Shown here: in pieces, positions 9,401 to 18,182 of the stretch | Numbering within the stretch: the stretch's first letter is position 1 | Layout: every line of letters starts with the position of its first letter | Source of the DNA: a virus | Lineage: Duplodnaviria > Caudoviricetes | Direction: 5' to 3' (one strand) | Virus record (IMG/VR): IMGVR_UViG_3300036852_000419 | Span: 1 to 53,263 of that record | DNA: 53,263 nt | Notes under the pieces: generated by a model | The model's database searches: none | What the model was told of the DNA's origin: nothing | The model's input: the letters and a program-made list of their open reading frames with translations, nothing else | Program-made: the position numbers and the translations under genes

Positions 9401-9705
9401 TGAAGGAGGTGCTGAGCAGTGCACCTCAATACTACACCACTTACAGCATCAAGCTCGCGCTACGAAATCTGTGGTATGCTGATGATAATCGCGATGGCGA
9501 GAAGTTGAAGGTTGAGCCTCTACTCTGTGTGCATGACTCGATCTTGACTCAATGGAGGCGGGAGGATGACACTTTCGCTCGTCCTTTCATGCGAGAGATT
9601 TTTCAGAACGAGATTCTGATCGCGGGGCAGAGGATTGTCATTCCTGCCGAAGGGTTTTGTTACAGTGACTGGAGCATGGACAAAGAGAAAGCTGAGAAAC
9701 TATGA
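6403..9705 (+). CDS. polA: DNA polymerase family A with N-terminal UDG(family 4)-like domain and 3'-5' exonuclease domain
   Basis: UDG-like IAIVLDFP...GVALGGEAARLL...FVGNV...PSIVVCMG; ExoI QDLEG, ExoII GQN..YD, ExoIII YNGID; ETGR, TNLQ, motif A CDLEGAD, motif B AKSSLHGGCYG, motif C VHDS. The start is probably ATG 6403 or 6412 rather than 6220. Confidence 0.92.
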   Translation: MISMIKIPNQFPALEPQGPTRIAIVLDFPDRESAHQGVALGGEAARLLEGALGHVGIALASCFVGNVSQVTATSFNVLAWEGEEVQSGIAQLRADLERFKPSIVVCMGTAALHLFRVGNLAPRKVKAGFDWPSKIGSWRGSLFESMWLASCVENVPESVIVHGVKCLAALPPAMVLRDYGLQAYYRTGVGGLGDLERLKQEMGICELTLPQRSICIAAPEYGWGVEGICAELYKLKVAGVPLGQDLEGYPGNVTCMAYAPASNRALVIPFAHIDGTSVWSEDEETRLWQAQRDLILENTELTKVGQNYYCYDAFALAWTYGIVVKNIEDAILAWWELFPELLKGLATQTSLLTRQPFYKPDKEDGELQFKSDEEFWTYNGIDACVTLECWEREKALMDAGQQSHYQFNISLLPAIRYMMLRGIKFDKGRAKEAREKASRGAMELQAEIDQVQAREDGLGTALCDLYANLMSSTASEEWFAALTLRCLGCKNPRVKVEVVEERWQPMRWNGKKWVKDGKRVDAAGRELLRANPIFKCLEKDTEPCVVIELGLLWLKPMHKLTLKRQPFAPASLSDCEPHILESKRAEWKRVKAIWKELSYGQTADRGNSSVKMAIDERSGLHTRSSALLGELSTLLGLAVNIGSTNQGGDAQRFLYETCGLRRIYKDAWTGRLSWEAEGEWRKRLKAKGLTCETEANQETLGGCDDVAGAANGRAEGEDSSICSAKPAGKRFSTDQQTLDKLYAATQDVRVLWCLQQRRLRLAATNLDKEIDDDGRIRSSISLVKETGRMAASESPMGTGTNLQSWDKHHRHVMVADEGCVMGQCDLEGADSWTVAAECAALGDTKMLEDLRAGLKPAKGLCFGYFEPGLYQNASTDLMKARLKELTLPDWLYPGAKSSLHGGCYGSGWRTTIDTILKYSMADLPLDLKTARPIVLSKEQVDKLRSALFLRYPGIKAWHAKTEKLLLTTGVLEMNTGHRRRIYQRKAEFKQGRKVACHETLKEVLSSAPQYYTTYSIKLALRNLWYADDNRDGEKLKVEPLLCVHDSILTQWRREDDTFARPFMREIFQNEILIAGQRIVIPAEGFCYSDWSMDKEKAEKL

Positions 9706-9911
9706 GCAAGAAAGCCGGATTCAGATGGAAGCAGGTAGCTCGAATGTTGGTTTATATTGACCAGTGTTCATCAGCTCAGATGTTCAGAGTGAGAACAAGC
9801 GCAGGAGTGTCAGAGCCGATGCCTTTGACTTCGCTCGAACAGGGGGTTTCATGTCCTCTGGGTGCCGGGTCGTCATATGCTGGAACATTGAGACTGAGGA
9901 GGGTGAAATGA
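9702..9911 (+). CDS. Hypothetical protein
   Basis: ATGA overlaps at both ends. Confidence 0.5.
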   Translation: MSKKAGFRWKQVARMLVYIDQCSSAQMFRVRTSAGVSEPMPLTSLEQGVSCPLGAGSSYAGTLRLRRVK

Positions 9912-10270
9912 GCGAACAGAGCGAGCTGAAATCCCACCGTCGCGGACGCACGACCTTCGAGGTGCCAGAGCGCAAGTGGCCGGTGGTCACGCGCACGATG
10001 CTGGCGAAAGCAAGTGAGTGGAATGAGATCACGAGCGCGGAGAATGTGCTGATCACGAGCTTGCTGCGGGGCTACGTGCTGGCAGTGAATGTGGAGACGA
10101 ATCTGAAAAGAGCGTTGCAGGAGGCGATGAAGAAGCGGGACGCGCTTGAACGACCTCAAGAAAGCTGTGATCCTTGGTATCATGCTCAGAAGCTTGTGAC
10201 CTGTCTCGAAGCTCAGCTCTCGCGCATCGAGCAGATCAAGGAAGAGTGGCCGCTGGAGATTGTGGGATGA
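9908..10270 (+). CDS. Hypothetical coiled-coil protein
   Basis: ATG at 9908 with GAGGAGGG upstream. Confidence 0.6.
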   Translation: MSEQSELKSHRRGRTTFEVPERKWPVVTRTMLAKASEWNEITSAENVLITSLLRGYVLAVNVETNLKRALQEAMKKRDALERPQESCDPWYHAQKLVTCLEAQLSRIEQIKEEWPLEIVG

Positions 10271-10450
10271 GAATTATCTATTTACCTTGGAGCTGGTCAC
10301 AAGAGCAATGTTTGGTTTACACGCGGCGACTTCCCGCTGATGGCTGGGCGGCTTGGTGGCGTGGAGAGCGAATAGCGGCTGCCTTTGTGAGTTCCTTCAG
10401 TCGCTCCCTTGGGTGAATCAAGGGAGCGCGCGCGTGTCGTGTGCCTTCAG

Positions 10451-10936
10451 CTAGCGAAACACCAGCGAGTAGCGCAACGCTTCCACAGGCTTGATCGCAT
10501 GGTGCCAGGGAAAGCGTGAGGGACCTGAGAGGCTGACGAGCGCGCGCGCTGGGAACTCGAAGGCCAAGCGCTCAGCACCTAAGCTCAACTCAAAAGTGCA
10601 AGCGCTCGCGAGACCGAGAATCAGGATAGGATCGCCGAATTCCAGCGGATCATAGTGAGGCAAGATCGCGCGACCGGGAAGGTATTCGTTGAGGGTGAGG
10701 GAGTCCAGAGGGCGGGGGTCGGGGAGCAGTGCGCGCAGCTCTTCCGCCCAGTCCGGCATTGGCAGCACCTTCTGATGCCCGCGATAGTCCCAGCCGAAGC
10801 GCACGACACGAGAGCGGTCGAGAGAGCGAGCAGGACTGGAGGCGAGGAGCGCGGGGAAGTGAGAGAGCAGCGAGGCTTCGAGTGCGGGGGTGATGAAGGA
10901 AGGAGTGAGAGAGGCGCTGAGGGAGGCGAGGTTCAT
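10451..10936 (-). CDS. alkB: AlkB-family 2OG-Fe(II) dioxygenase
   Basis: RVVRFGWDY, LNEYLPG..I.PHYD (HxD), WHHAI (distal His), RYSLVFR (RxxxxxR). Confidence 0.9.
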   Translation of the reverse strand: MNLASLSASLTPSFITPALEASLLSHFPALLASSPARSLDRSRVVRFGWDYRGHQKVLPMPDWAEELRALLPDPRPLDSLTLNEYLPGRAILPHYDPLEFGDPILILGLASACTFELSLGAERLAFEFPARALVSLSGPSRFPWHHAIKPVEALRYSLVFR

Positions 10937-13794
10937 TCCCGCAGCATCTTTAGAAATTGATCACGAGAGGGCTGGTTGGGGGCAGTCGGGGCGTTAGTCT
11001 GCACAGGCTCTGGAAGCTGTCCCGCTGCGGGGTTTCGTTGCACTGACTGATCCACTGAGTCTTTGATTTGATAAGCTTTCTTTGCGCCTTCGAAGCCATA
11101 GGTGCGCAGGAGAGCTTGAGCGAAGGGAGCGGAGGCGACGGCGTAGTTCACGAGTGTAGCTGAGCCTTGAGGCGTGATAGCTGTGTTCCCGAAGTAACTG
11201 CGCATCGCTGGGGAGGTGTAAAGCGTCGCGGTGAGGAAGTTCTTGAGAGCGCGCTCGACGTAGCGGAGATCGCCTTGCTCGACGATCTTGGCGATCTGTT
11301 GACCAGCTCCGATGCCGCCAGCGGAGGCAAACGCGCCTTGCTGAGCCTCGCCAGCACGCAGGTAAGTCCCTATGCTTAAGAGATCATTGAATGTGTCAGT
11401 GCTTAGGATCGAGCGCAATCGCTTGGTCGCGTTTTCGTTGTTCAGAGCGTCGATGATCTTCTGACCACTGAGCACTTCAGCACCCTGACGGTTGGAGATT
11501 GTTGCGTCATCAAGAACGCGCTTGAACGTGAGTCTGCGGATGTCTTCGATCACTTCAGGGCGGTCAGAAAGCATGCCAAGAACCTGTTGCACATCACTAG
11601 GCTCAGCCTTGAAAGCGAATTTCTCCACGAACTGAGTCGGCTTGATCTTGTCAGGCTTAAGAGTGCCCTTGGCTACGTCGCGGATGATCTCGTTGCGATA
11701 AGCGAGATCCTTATCAGCCTGTCGCTGCATCATGTAAAGGAGATTGACGCCGGAGAGATTGCCACTGGCGATAGCGGCCTGAAGCTCGTCTTCTGGTAGA
11801 GAGCCCTTCTGGAGTTGCTTGAGCACCTGGCCGCTCTCACGGAGGCGCGCAGGAGTGAGCCCGAACACATCCTTGAGAACTTCAGGAGCGTCCTTGGCGA
11901 GATCCTCCAGGCGACGCACGAAGCCAGCGCCGTCGATGGAATCAGTGAGAGGGCTCTTGTCGATCACATCATCAGCTACAGCACGGCGAAGCTGCAGGAC
12001 TTCTGTGCTGCCAGCGCCAAAGAAATCTTTGTAATCGCGATAGTAGCTCCCTGCGTTCGGGCCAGCGGTGGCCCGGCGCACTAGCTCGATATCGTTGAGC
12101 ACGCCGGGCTGGTCGGGGTCGCGAAAGATTTCAGCGATGCCACGTTTCTGAAATCGCTTTGCTTGCTCTGCGTAGTTAGCGTTCGCAGCCTGCCAGTCTT
12201 TGAGGAGCTTTGGGTCGAGTTCTTCGAGTCCGGTTTCGATGCGCTTGGTGAGGGAGTTACGGACCTGGGTGAGATAGCGAGTCTGATAGCCTTTCACGGC
12301 TTCACCCTGTGCAATGTCGTTGTCGATCTCGCGGCGCATTTGCATGAGTTCGTCGAGACGGAATTGCTGGCCTCGAAGAGACGAGAGAGCCTTGACCTTG
12401 GGAATCACATCAGGCGGCACGAACTCTCGCATGACTTCTTTGCCTTTGATGTCGCGAGTGATCGGACTGCCGTAACTATCGTAGTCGATGGCTTGAACAG
12501 TGTTTTCTTTGGTCGGGAGCTTGGCGATTAGGTCGTCAGCATCTTGAGCGAGCACGTTGCCAGGGATGTTCTTCTCTTGTGTGAGTGGGTTCGAGAAGAC
12601 TTCGTTGTAGAGCTTTTCGCTCTTTGAGCCGGGACCTAGAGCTTCTTCGCGCAGAGCAAAAGCACGTGAACGGATTCCCGCACCGAGATCCATTTTGTTC
12701 ACAGGCTGGGAGATGCTTGTGGAAGACGAGATACCTTCGAGAAGCTCTTTCTCGGCCTGAATGCGTGTGCTCTGGGAAGCTTGCTGGATAGCCTCGTCCA
12801 TGGGCTGGGTCTTGACACCGAGAGCTTCCATAGCGCGAGAGGCAGCAGCTTCTTCGTCAGGCACTGCGCCACCGCGCATGATGGTTTGGATTTCCGCGAT
12901 CTTCTGGTTGCGCTCTTTGAGAATGGCTTCGAGTGGCACTGAGGAGCCTGGTTTCTGGAGAGCGAGAGCTTCTGAGCGCTGAAGGAAAGTGCTTCCAGTT
13001 AGCTCGCCGGGAGTCATGGGGAGTTCTTTTCCGAACTTCTGGCTGAGATACTCGCCAGCGCGTCGGGCGTCGAAATTGAGCTGAGGCGAGTTGCCGAAAG
13101 GAGTGATGCCTTTGGTGATTGCTTTGGTGAAGACACCCATGCCAGCACCTAGTCCTAAGCCCAAAGCTCCGAATGCGGCTTGTCTGGTGGCGGTTTCGCC
13201 TAAATTCTGAGGCTGGCCTTCGATTTGACGCACTCCGAGTTCTTTGGCTGCGCCACCAGTGACCTCACCTCCGGTCGATAGCAGGAGTGTCTTCAGGGCC
13301 TGCCACGCGCCCGGCTGAAACGCCCCTTTGCCTTTAGAGAGCAGAGTTCCTGCGATAGACCCTGCGATTTCAGGGGCTTGACCGAGCACTGAGGCAAAGT
13401 CTCCGAAGTCCACGCCCAGGGGATCTACAAGCACGTCCTTCGGCTTTCCATTGTCCATGACAGTAACCACAGGATTGCCGTAGGAATTCTGACGCACGTT
13501 GCCGGGGCCATAAGCGGCTTCGAGGGCTTTGAACTCTTCGGGAGAGGAGGGCTGAACAGCTGAGCGAAGGCGCGTGAGAAAAGGAACGCCAGTGGATGTG
13601 TCAAAAGGGACTCCGGGGCGAGCGCCGAGCTTCTGTGCGTGCGTGTATATGCCGGTATCGGAGAGCGCAGTGACAGGCTGACGGGAGCTGGGGAGAGCGC
13701 TCTGAGCGCGCGGGAGAATGGGCTTTGTGATGTCGGGAGCGCTCGCATCACCTTGAAGCTGTTTCTGAAACTCCTCGCGTGTGATGTCGGCCAT
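10933..13794 (-). CDS. Large internal virion / DNA ejection protein
   Basis: 953 aa, helical, with Gly/Ala hydrophobic stretches; third of three ejection-like genes after the tail genes. Confidence 0.65.
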   Translation of the reverse strand: MADITREEFQKQLQGDASAPDITKPILPRAQSALPSSRQPVTALSDTGIYTHAQKLGARPGVPFDTSTGVPFLTRLRSAVQPSSPEEFKALEAAYGPGNVRQNSYGNPVVTVMDNGKPKDVLVDPLGVDFGDFASVLGQAPEIAGSIAGTLLSKGKGAFQPGAWQALKTLLLSTGGEVTGGAAKELGVRQIEGQPQNLGETATRQAAFGALGLGLGAGMGVFTKAITKGITPFGNSPQLNFDARRAGEYLSQKFGKELPMTPGELTGSTFLQRSEALALQKPGSSVPLEAILKERNQKIAEIQTIMRGGAVPDEEAAASRAMEALGVKTQPMDEAIQQASQSTRIQAEKELLEGISSSTSISQPVNKMDLGAGIRSRAFALREEALGPGSKSEKLYNEVFSNPLTQEKNIPGNVLAQDADDLIAKLPTKENTVQAIDYDSYGSPITRDIKGKEVMREFVPPDVIPKVKALSSLRGQQFRLDELMQMRREIDNDIAQGEAVKGYQTRYLTQVRNSLTKRIETGLEELDPKLLKDWQAANANYAEQAKRFQKRGIAEIFRDPDQPGVLNDIELVRRATAGPNAGSYYRDYKDFFGAGSTEVLQLRRAVADDVIDKSPLTDSIDGAGFVRRLEDLAKDAPEVLKDVFGLTPARLRESGQVLKQLQKGSLPEDELQAAIASGNLSGVNLLYMMQRQADKDLAYRNEIIRDVAKGTLKPDKIKPTQFVEKFAFKAEPSDVQQVLGMLSDRPEVIEDIRRLTFKRVLDDATISNRQGAEVLSGQKIIDALNNENATKRLRSILSTDTFNDLLSIGTYLRAGEAQQGAFASAGGIGAGQQIAKIVEQGDLRYVERALKNFLTATLYTSPAMRSYFGNTAITPQGSATLVNYAVASAPFAQALLRTYGFEGAKKAYQIKDSVDQSVQRNPAAGQLPEPVQTNAPTAPNQPSRDQFLKMLRE

Positions 13795-13797
13795 AAG

Positions 13798-15045
13798 CTA
13801 GGGGCGCTGAAGGCTGTCGAAGATGTTGAGCGCTTCGGCTTCGGTGAGCGCGCCTGCTTTTTTGGCACGAGCCACGTCTTCGAGAGTGAGAAGGTTGTCA
13901 CGGAGCAAGTCAGCAAACTCACTTTTCGCAATAGAGCGCAGCACAGTGTCATCAGGCTTCGCGCGCTGAAGTTTGAGGAGGCGGAGCTTCTGCGCAACCA
14001 CTGCGTTCTGAATGTTCGCGAGTTGGTTGAGAGCGCCCGGAGCGCCTTTCTCCCACGAGAGCACGTCGCCAGCTTGTTCGAGCTTCGTGAGTTCATAGCG
14101 ACTCATGTTGCCGGAATCGACACGAAGGCTCTTGGCGATGTTCGCGAAAGCGATAGAAGCTTTCTGGCGCGTGTCGGTGATAGGGGTAGGATCGGTGCTG
14201 CGCGGGTTAATATTCCCCTTCACGTTTTCTATGGTTTGTCCAATGATCCCGCGCACTCCGATGGCTTCAGGATTCTTCTGAATAGCTGATACAGCATCCT
14301 GGAGAGAAGCGAGCGCGGTGTCAGCTTCAGAAGAGCGTTGCTGAACCTGTGAGAGTGTCGTGGTCGTAAGCGGGCGCTGTGCAGGCACAAGAGTCGGCAC
14401 AGGACCCCCGCCTTGAGGACTCACGTCTGGCTGTCCTTGAATGTCATAGCCCAGCTCTGAGGCTTTCATCATTTGATCCACTTGGCGTAGTGAGAAGCCC
14501 ATCTGCTGAAGCTGAAGGCGCGTGGCTTCGTTTCGAGTGCGGGCTTCGGAGTTCGAGAGGCGTTGGGAAGAGAGCTGGTCGAGAGTTGCCTGTCGCTGCC
14601 CTTGCATTTCGAGTTCTCGACGCTTGATCGCGAGTTCTTCTGCGTCCTGAACGCGCTTAACGAAAACCTGAGTATGGGGATTGTTTGGGGCTTGCTGGAG
14701 AGCTTCTTGGACTCGGAGACGCTCCCAGTCGGGTTCGGGTTGCTGGTCGCCAGCCTCGCGAGACGCATCAAAAGCTGTCTTCGCTTTAGTGATAGCGGTG
14801 TTCACGTTCAGCATTTGAGCGTCGAAAGCGGCACGTTGCTGGATCTCAGCGCTCAGCTTCTGATTCTCAAGCTCAATGCCAGCGATACGGGCAGCGAGTT
14901 CGCGTTCTCTGATGCGGCGGTCGGCAGCTTGGGACTTCTGAGCTTGGTTTCGCAGCGCCAGGTCAAAGCCTTCGCCAGCGAACTTTGCTGCGTTCAGACC
15001 AGAGTTGAACCACGCGAGACGATTTGCTTCGAGATCAACGGGCAT
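13798..15045 (-). CDS. Internal virion / ejection protein
   Basis: 415-aa Gln/Ala-rich coiled coil in the ejection-gene position. Confidence 0.6.
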   Translation of the reverse strand: MPVDLEANRLAWFNSGLNAAKFAGEGFDLALRNQAQKSQAADRRIRERELAARIAGIELENQKLSAEIQQRAAFDAQMLNVNTAITKAKTAFDASREAGDQQPEPDWERLRVQEALQQAPNNPHTQVFVKRVQDAEELAIKRRELEMQGQRQATLDQLSSQRLSNSEARTRNEATRLQLQQMGFSLRQVDQMMKASELGYDIQGQPDVSPQGGGPVPTLVPAQRPLTTTTLSQVQQRSSEADTALASLQDAVSAIQKNPEAIGVRGIIGQTIENVKGNINPRSTDPTPITDTRQKASIAFANIAKSLRVDSGNMSRYELTKLEQAGDVLSWEKGAPGALNQLANIQNAVVAQKLRLLKLQRAKPDDTVLRSIAKSEFADLLRDNLLTLEDVARAKKAGALTEAEALNIFDSLQRP

Positions 15046-15049
15046 AATG

Positions 15050-15739
15050 TTAGCCTAGCGCGGCTTTCCCGGCGACGCCGACCGCTGTGTTAAGGAGACC
15101 TTGGAAGTTGCCTTCTTGCTGAGCCATATAGTTTGCCCAGGCGGCGGTCTGACCAGGGATCTGTGCGGCGAGCGCTTTCGTGTTCATTTTCTGTTGACGT
15201 TCCTGGCCTCTGATGTTGAGAAAGTCCTGAGCGCTGGGGCCAGTGAAGGAGAAAGCGCTCTGAGGCGTGGCTGTGGGGGAGAGGCCACGGAGGGCAGAGA
15301 GCCACTGAAGACCCTTGTCCTTCATGTTCAGAGAAGTGAGTCCGAGATCGCGCGCCACGAGATTGCGGTGCATGCCGCTGCCGCCATAGCCGCCGCCCAG
15401 GGAACGAGCTGCCGCTGAGCGCTGCACGATATCGCTCACATCGTCTGGGATCTGACCAGAGAGGAAGTCGCCAGCGGTGCCGAGGGCCTGGTCGCGCTGG
15501 GCGGTGAAGCCTGGGAGAGACTGCTCTAGAAGCTGATTGATCTGATCTTGACGCGAGATTGCTTCCTGACCCACGAGCTGGGTCGCGCCCGGAAGAAGCT
15601 TTTGCTGATTACCAAGAGCTTGAGCTGAAAGCGCCTCGATGTCGAGACCAGGAGTGTTCGCGATCCTGTTCAGGCGCTTACGCTGAATATCACCAGCGCG
15701 ACCACCGAGAAAAGCACTAGTAAGTCCGGCGAGAGGCAT
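15050..15739 (-). CDS. Internal virion / ejection (pilot-like) protein
   Basis: 229 aa, Gly/Ala/Gln-rich, with an AAARSLGGGYGGSG segment. Confidence 0.6.
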   Translation of the reverse strand: MPLAGLTSAFLGGRAGDIQRKRLNRIANTPGLDIEALSAQALGNQQKLLPGATQLVGQEAISRQDQINQLLEQSLPGFTAQRDQALGTAGDFLSGQIPDDVSDIVQRSAAARSLGGGYGGSGMHRNLVARDLGLTSLNMKDKGLQWLSALRGLSPTATPQSAFSFTGPSAQDFLNIRGQERQQKMNTKALAAQIPGQTAAWANYMAQQEGNFQGLLNTAVGVAGKAALG

Positions 15740-15757
15740 TAGAGGAGTCCTTTCATA

Positions 15758-16918
15758 TTATCTGAAGTCCGCGAGCAGGTAAGGGAGAGTGTTCGTCGCT
15801 TCCATGTGAGTATAAACAGTCGTGATGTCGCCAGTCATGCTGCGAAGCTCAGCTCTGAGCAGCGGGATCGCTCCACCCTTCGAGAGCGTGGCTTGGTTCG
15901 AAGCGCGCGCTTGCTTCGGTGCGACTCGGCCAAAGAAATGCGCGTCGCCTTCGAGAGTGTTCCCGTTGCGCCAGTGGAACTGAGCGAGCATGGCTTCGCG
16001 GTAGGCTTCCAGGTTCCGAAAGAGCAGCCAGTCGCGGTCAGCGCTGAGTGGGATGTGGTTAAGCTTGACGAGAGCGGTGACAGTGCGAAGCGCGTCGCAA
16101 GAGTCGTCGGTGGAGCAACACCCGCACTTCACATACTTGAAGCCAGGGATATTCGAGACGCGATACTCAGGATTGGTCTCGCTGGGCTGATAGTCGCCAA
16201 GCAAACGTTCATCGCCAGTGTTCACATCAACTTCATACATCAGCACGCGATAGCTGGTGGCTTCTTTCTGGAGAGCGGAAGGGCTGCCAGGATACCAGAG
16301 AGTCGTGGTATCAGTGTAAGGGAGAGCGAGCGTGATCTGTTCGCCGTCCTGGACTTCGCCGTCGAAGGAGGTCCGCACCCAGATGTTGTTCTCGTCATAG
16401 CCCTGGACGACAATCTTCTTACCCACGTCGGCGGAGTGCGAGGGATAGAAGCGAAGGACTTTGGAGGTCCCGCGCGTCCAGTCGAAAGAAGCGGAGAATT
16501 TCGCGCGCATGCGCATGGCGAGGTGGCCACAAGAGCACTGGCCGCGAGAGTTGCAGGAGCCGCAGGTAGAGCCGGACTCGCTGGAACAGCCGCCTTCGCA
16601 GGGATTGACTGAGGCGAGGTTCTCCGTGAACGCATACCACGAGTTCTCGATGGGAATGGGTTCGCCACAGATCGACATCTGTTCAATGGTCCCGACTTCG
16701 CGCGGCCAGACGAGGCAGGAGTTTCTTATGCAAAACTGTGCTTCCACAATGCTCCCCCACCAGCGCCCATAGACTTGCATGCGCTCCTCCGCGCCGTTGG
16801 CATAAGATAGAAATTTAGCTCTCTGTGCAGGTAAGCACAAACCCAGATCCCCTGCTATAAAAGAAGCGTCCGACATTAAATCTGAAACACGTAATCTTTG
16901 GCTCATTTGTGTTGACAA
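15758..16918 (-). CDS. Putative tail adaptor / tubular protein
   Basis: 386 aa in the structural operon, with Cys-rich loops; assigned by position. Confidence 0.5.
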   Translation of the reverse strand: MSTQMSQRLRVSDLMSDASFIAGDLGLCLPAQRAKFLSYANGAEERMQVYGRWWGSIVEAQFCIRNSCLVWPREVGTIEQMSICGEPIPIENSWYAFTENLASVNPCEGGCSSESGSTCGSCNSRGQCSCGHLAMRMRAKFSASFDWTRGTSKVLRFYPSHSADVGKKIVVQGYDENNIWVRTSFDGEVQDGEQITLALPYTDTTTLWYPGSPSALQKEATSYRVLMYEVDVNTGDERLLGDYQPSETNPEYRVSNIPGFKYVKCGCCSTDDSCDALRTVTALVKLNHIPLSADRDWLLFRNLEAYREAMLAQFHWRNGNTLEGDAHFFGRVAPKQARASNQATLSKGGAIPLLRAELRSMTGDITTVYTHMEATNTLPYLLADFR

Positions 16919-16947
16919 GCTCCTCTCGAAAACGCAAAGTTTAATAC

Positions 16948-17508
16948 ATGAATTTTGCTCTCGTTACCAACATTGAACAAGTTCCAATCAGTCATCGCGG
17001 CGCATATGCGCGTTGGAAAATTTTTCACGAAACTATGGAATTTAATGAGCGCTTCTGGAATCGTGTTGAGATCAAAGGAGAAGATGATTGTTGGCTGTGG
17101 ACAGGGGCTCAAGTCAATAGCGGCTACGGAGTCGTGGGTCTGTTGCGTCCGAATAAACGAAACATCTTGGCACATCGAATGGCCTGGATGCTTGAGAACG
17201 GAAAGGCTGTGCCTATGGGGCACTTCATCTGTCATCGCTGTGATGTGAAGCTTTGCTGCAATCCGAGACACTTGTTTCCCGGCACGCCTAAAAGCAATGT
17301 CGAGGATATGATTCAGAAAGGTCGTAGAGTCATTCTTTACGGAGTCCGTCCAGGGAATACCAAGCTTACACTTGAACAAGCAAAAGAGATTAAGAGACTG
17401 CACGCTACGGGTGAGTATTCTACTTATCGTCTGGGGAAGATGTTTGGTGTCGCACCTGTCACTGCATGGCATGTTATCAAAGGTAACAACTGGAAATGCT
17501 TGAGTTGA
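16948..17508 (+). CDS. HNH homing endonuclease with C-terminal HTH
   Basis: DCWLWTG...GYG...AHRMAW...ICHRCDVKLCCNPRHL..GT..NVEDM; lies antisense within the structural operon. Confidence 0.9.
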   Translation: MNFALVTNIEQVPISHRGAYARWKIFHETMEFNERFWNRVEIKGEDDCWLWTGAQVNSGYGVVGLLRPNKRNILAHRMAWMLENGKAVPMGHFICHRCDVKLCCNPRHLFPGTPKSNVEDMIQKGRRVILYGVRPGNTKLTLEQAKEIKRLHATGEYSTYRLGKMFGVAPVTAWHVIKGNNWKCLS

Positions 17509-17517
17509 GAACATGAT

Positions 17518-18180
17518 TTAGCGCGGGGTTTGAGGAGCTGTGTTGGTGCCAGAGGCTTTGTTCTGTATGGTCTGGGTGATAGCAGCGACACGCGCCGGGT
17601 TGCCAGGTGTGTTCGTGTAAGCCCAGGGAGAATGAAGCTCTTTCTTGAGCCAGCGACCGCCTGTGAGATTGATAGTGTTTGGATCGCTCGCGATTCCTGC
17701 GTCGTTGGCGCGCTGAATGGTGCGCGCTGTGGGAGACATGAAATTCATCCAGCGCGGAGGACCCTGATACCATTTGAGGTTCGGAGGATCGATATACATC
17801 GTCTGGCGCTGTGTGTTGGTGCCCAGAGGGTCCACTTCTTTGATCGCGTTGTAGAGCAGCGGACCACCGATGGAGTTGCCAATGAAGAGCGAGGCAGGTG
17901 GGTTAGTGCGCAGTGCGTCCTTGATCTGAGTCATAGCATTGCCCACGCCGAGACCAGCGAGACCGTGACCAGTGCCGCGCAGAGGCATCTTGTGCGCGCC
18001 GGGAGCAGCTTTGTCTATGAACGGAAAGAAAGGGTCTTCGAGCGTGGAGCCGTGGCCGCCGATGGCGATGACAGGGAGACCCTTGACAAGGGCAGCTTCG
18101 TCTTTGCGGCGCTGAGCTTCGGAGTCTAGAGGAGCGAGACCATTGGAAGCTGCGGCTGCGTTGAGGTTGAAAGCTGCCAT
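17518..18180 (-). CDS. Alpha/beta-hydrolase-fold protein (putative esterase)
   Basis: IGGHGS, nucleophile elbow GNSIGG, YIDPP and a late His. Confidence 0.6.
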   Translation of the reverse strand: MAAFNLNAAAASNGLAPLDSEAQRRKDEAALVKGLPVIAIGGHGSTLEDPFFPFIDKAAPGAHKMPLRGTGHGLAGLGVGNAMTQIKDALRTNPPASLFIGNSIGGPLLYNAIKEVDPLGTNTQRQTMYIDPPNLKWYQGPPRWMNFMSPTARTIQRANDAGIASDPNTINLTGGRWLKKELHSPWAYTNTPGNPARVAAITQTIQNKASGTNTAPQTPR

Positions 18181-18182
18181 GG

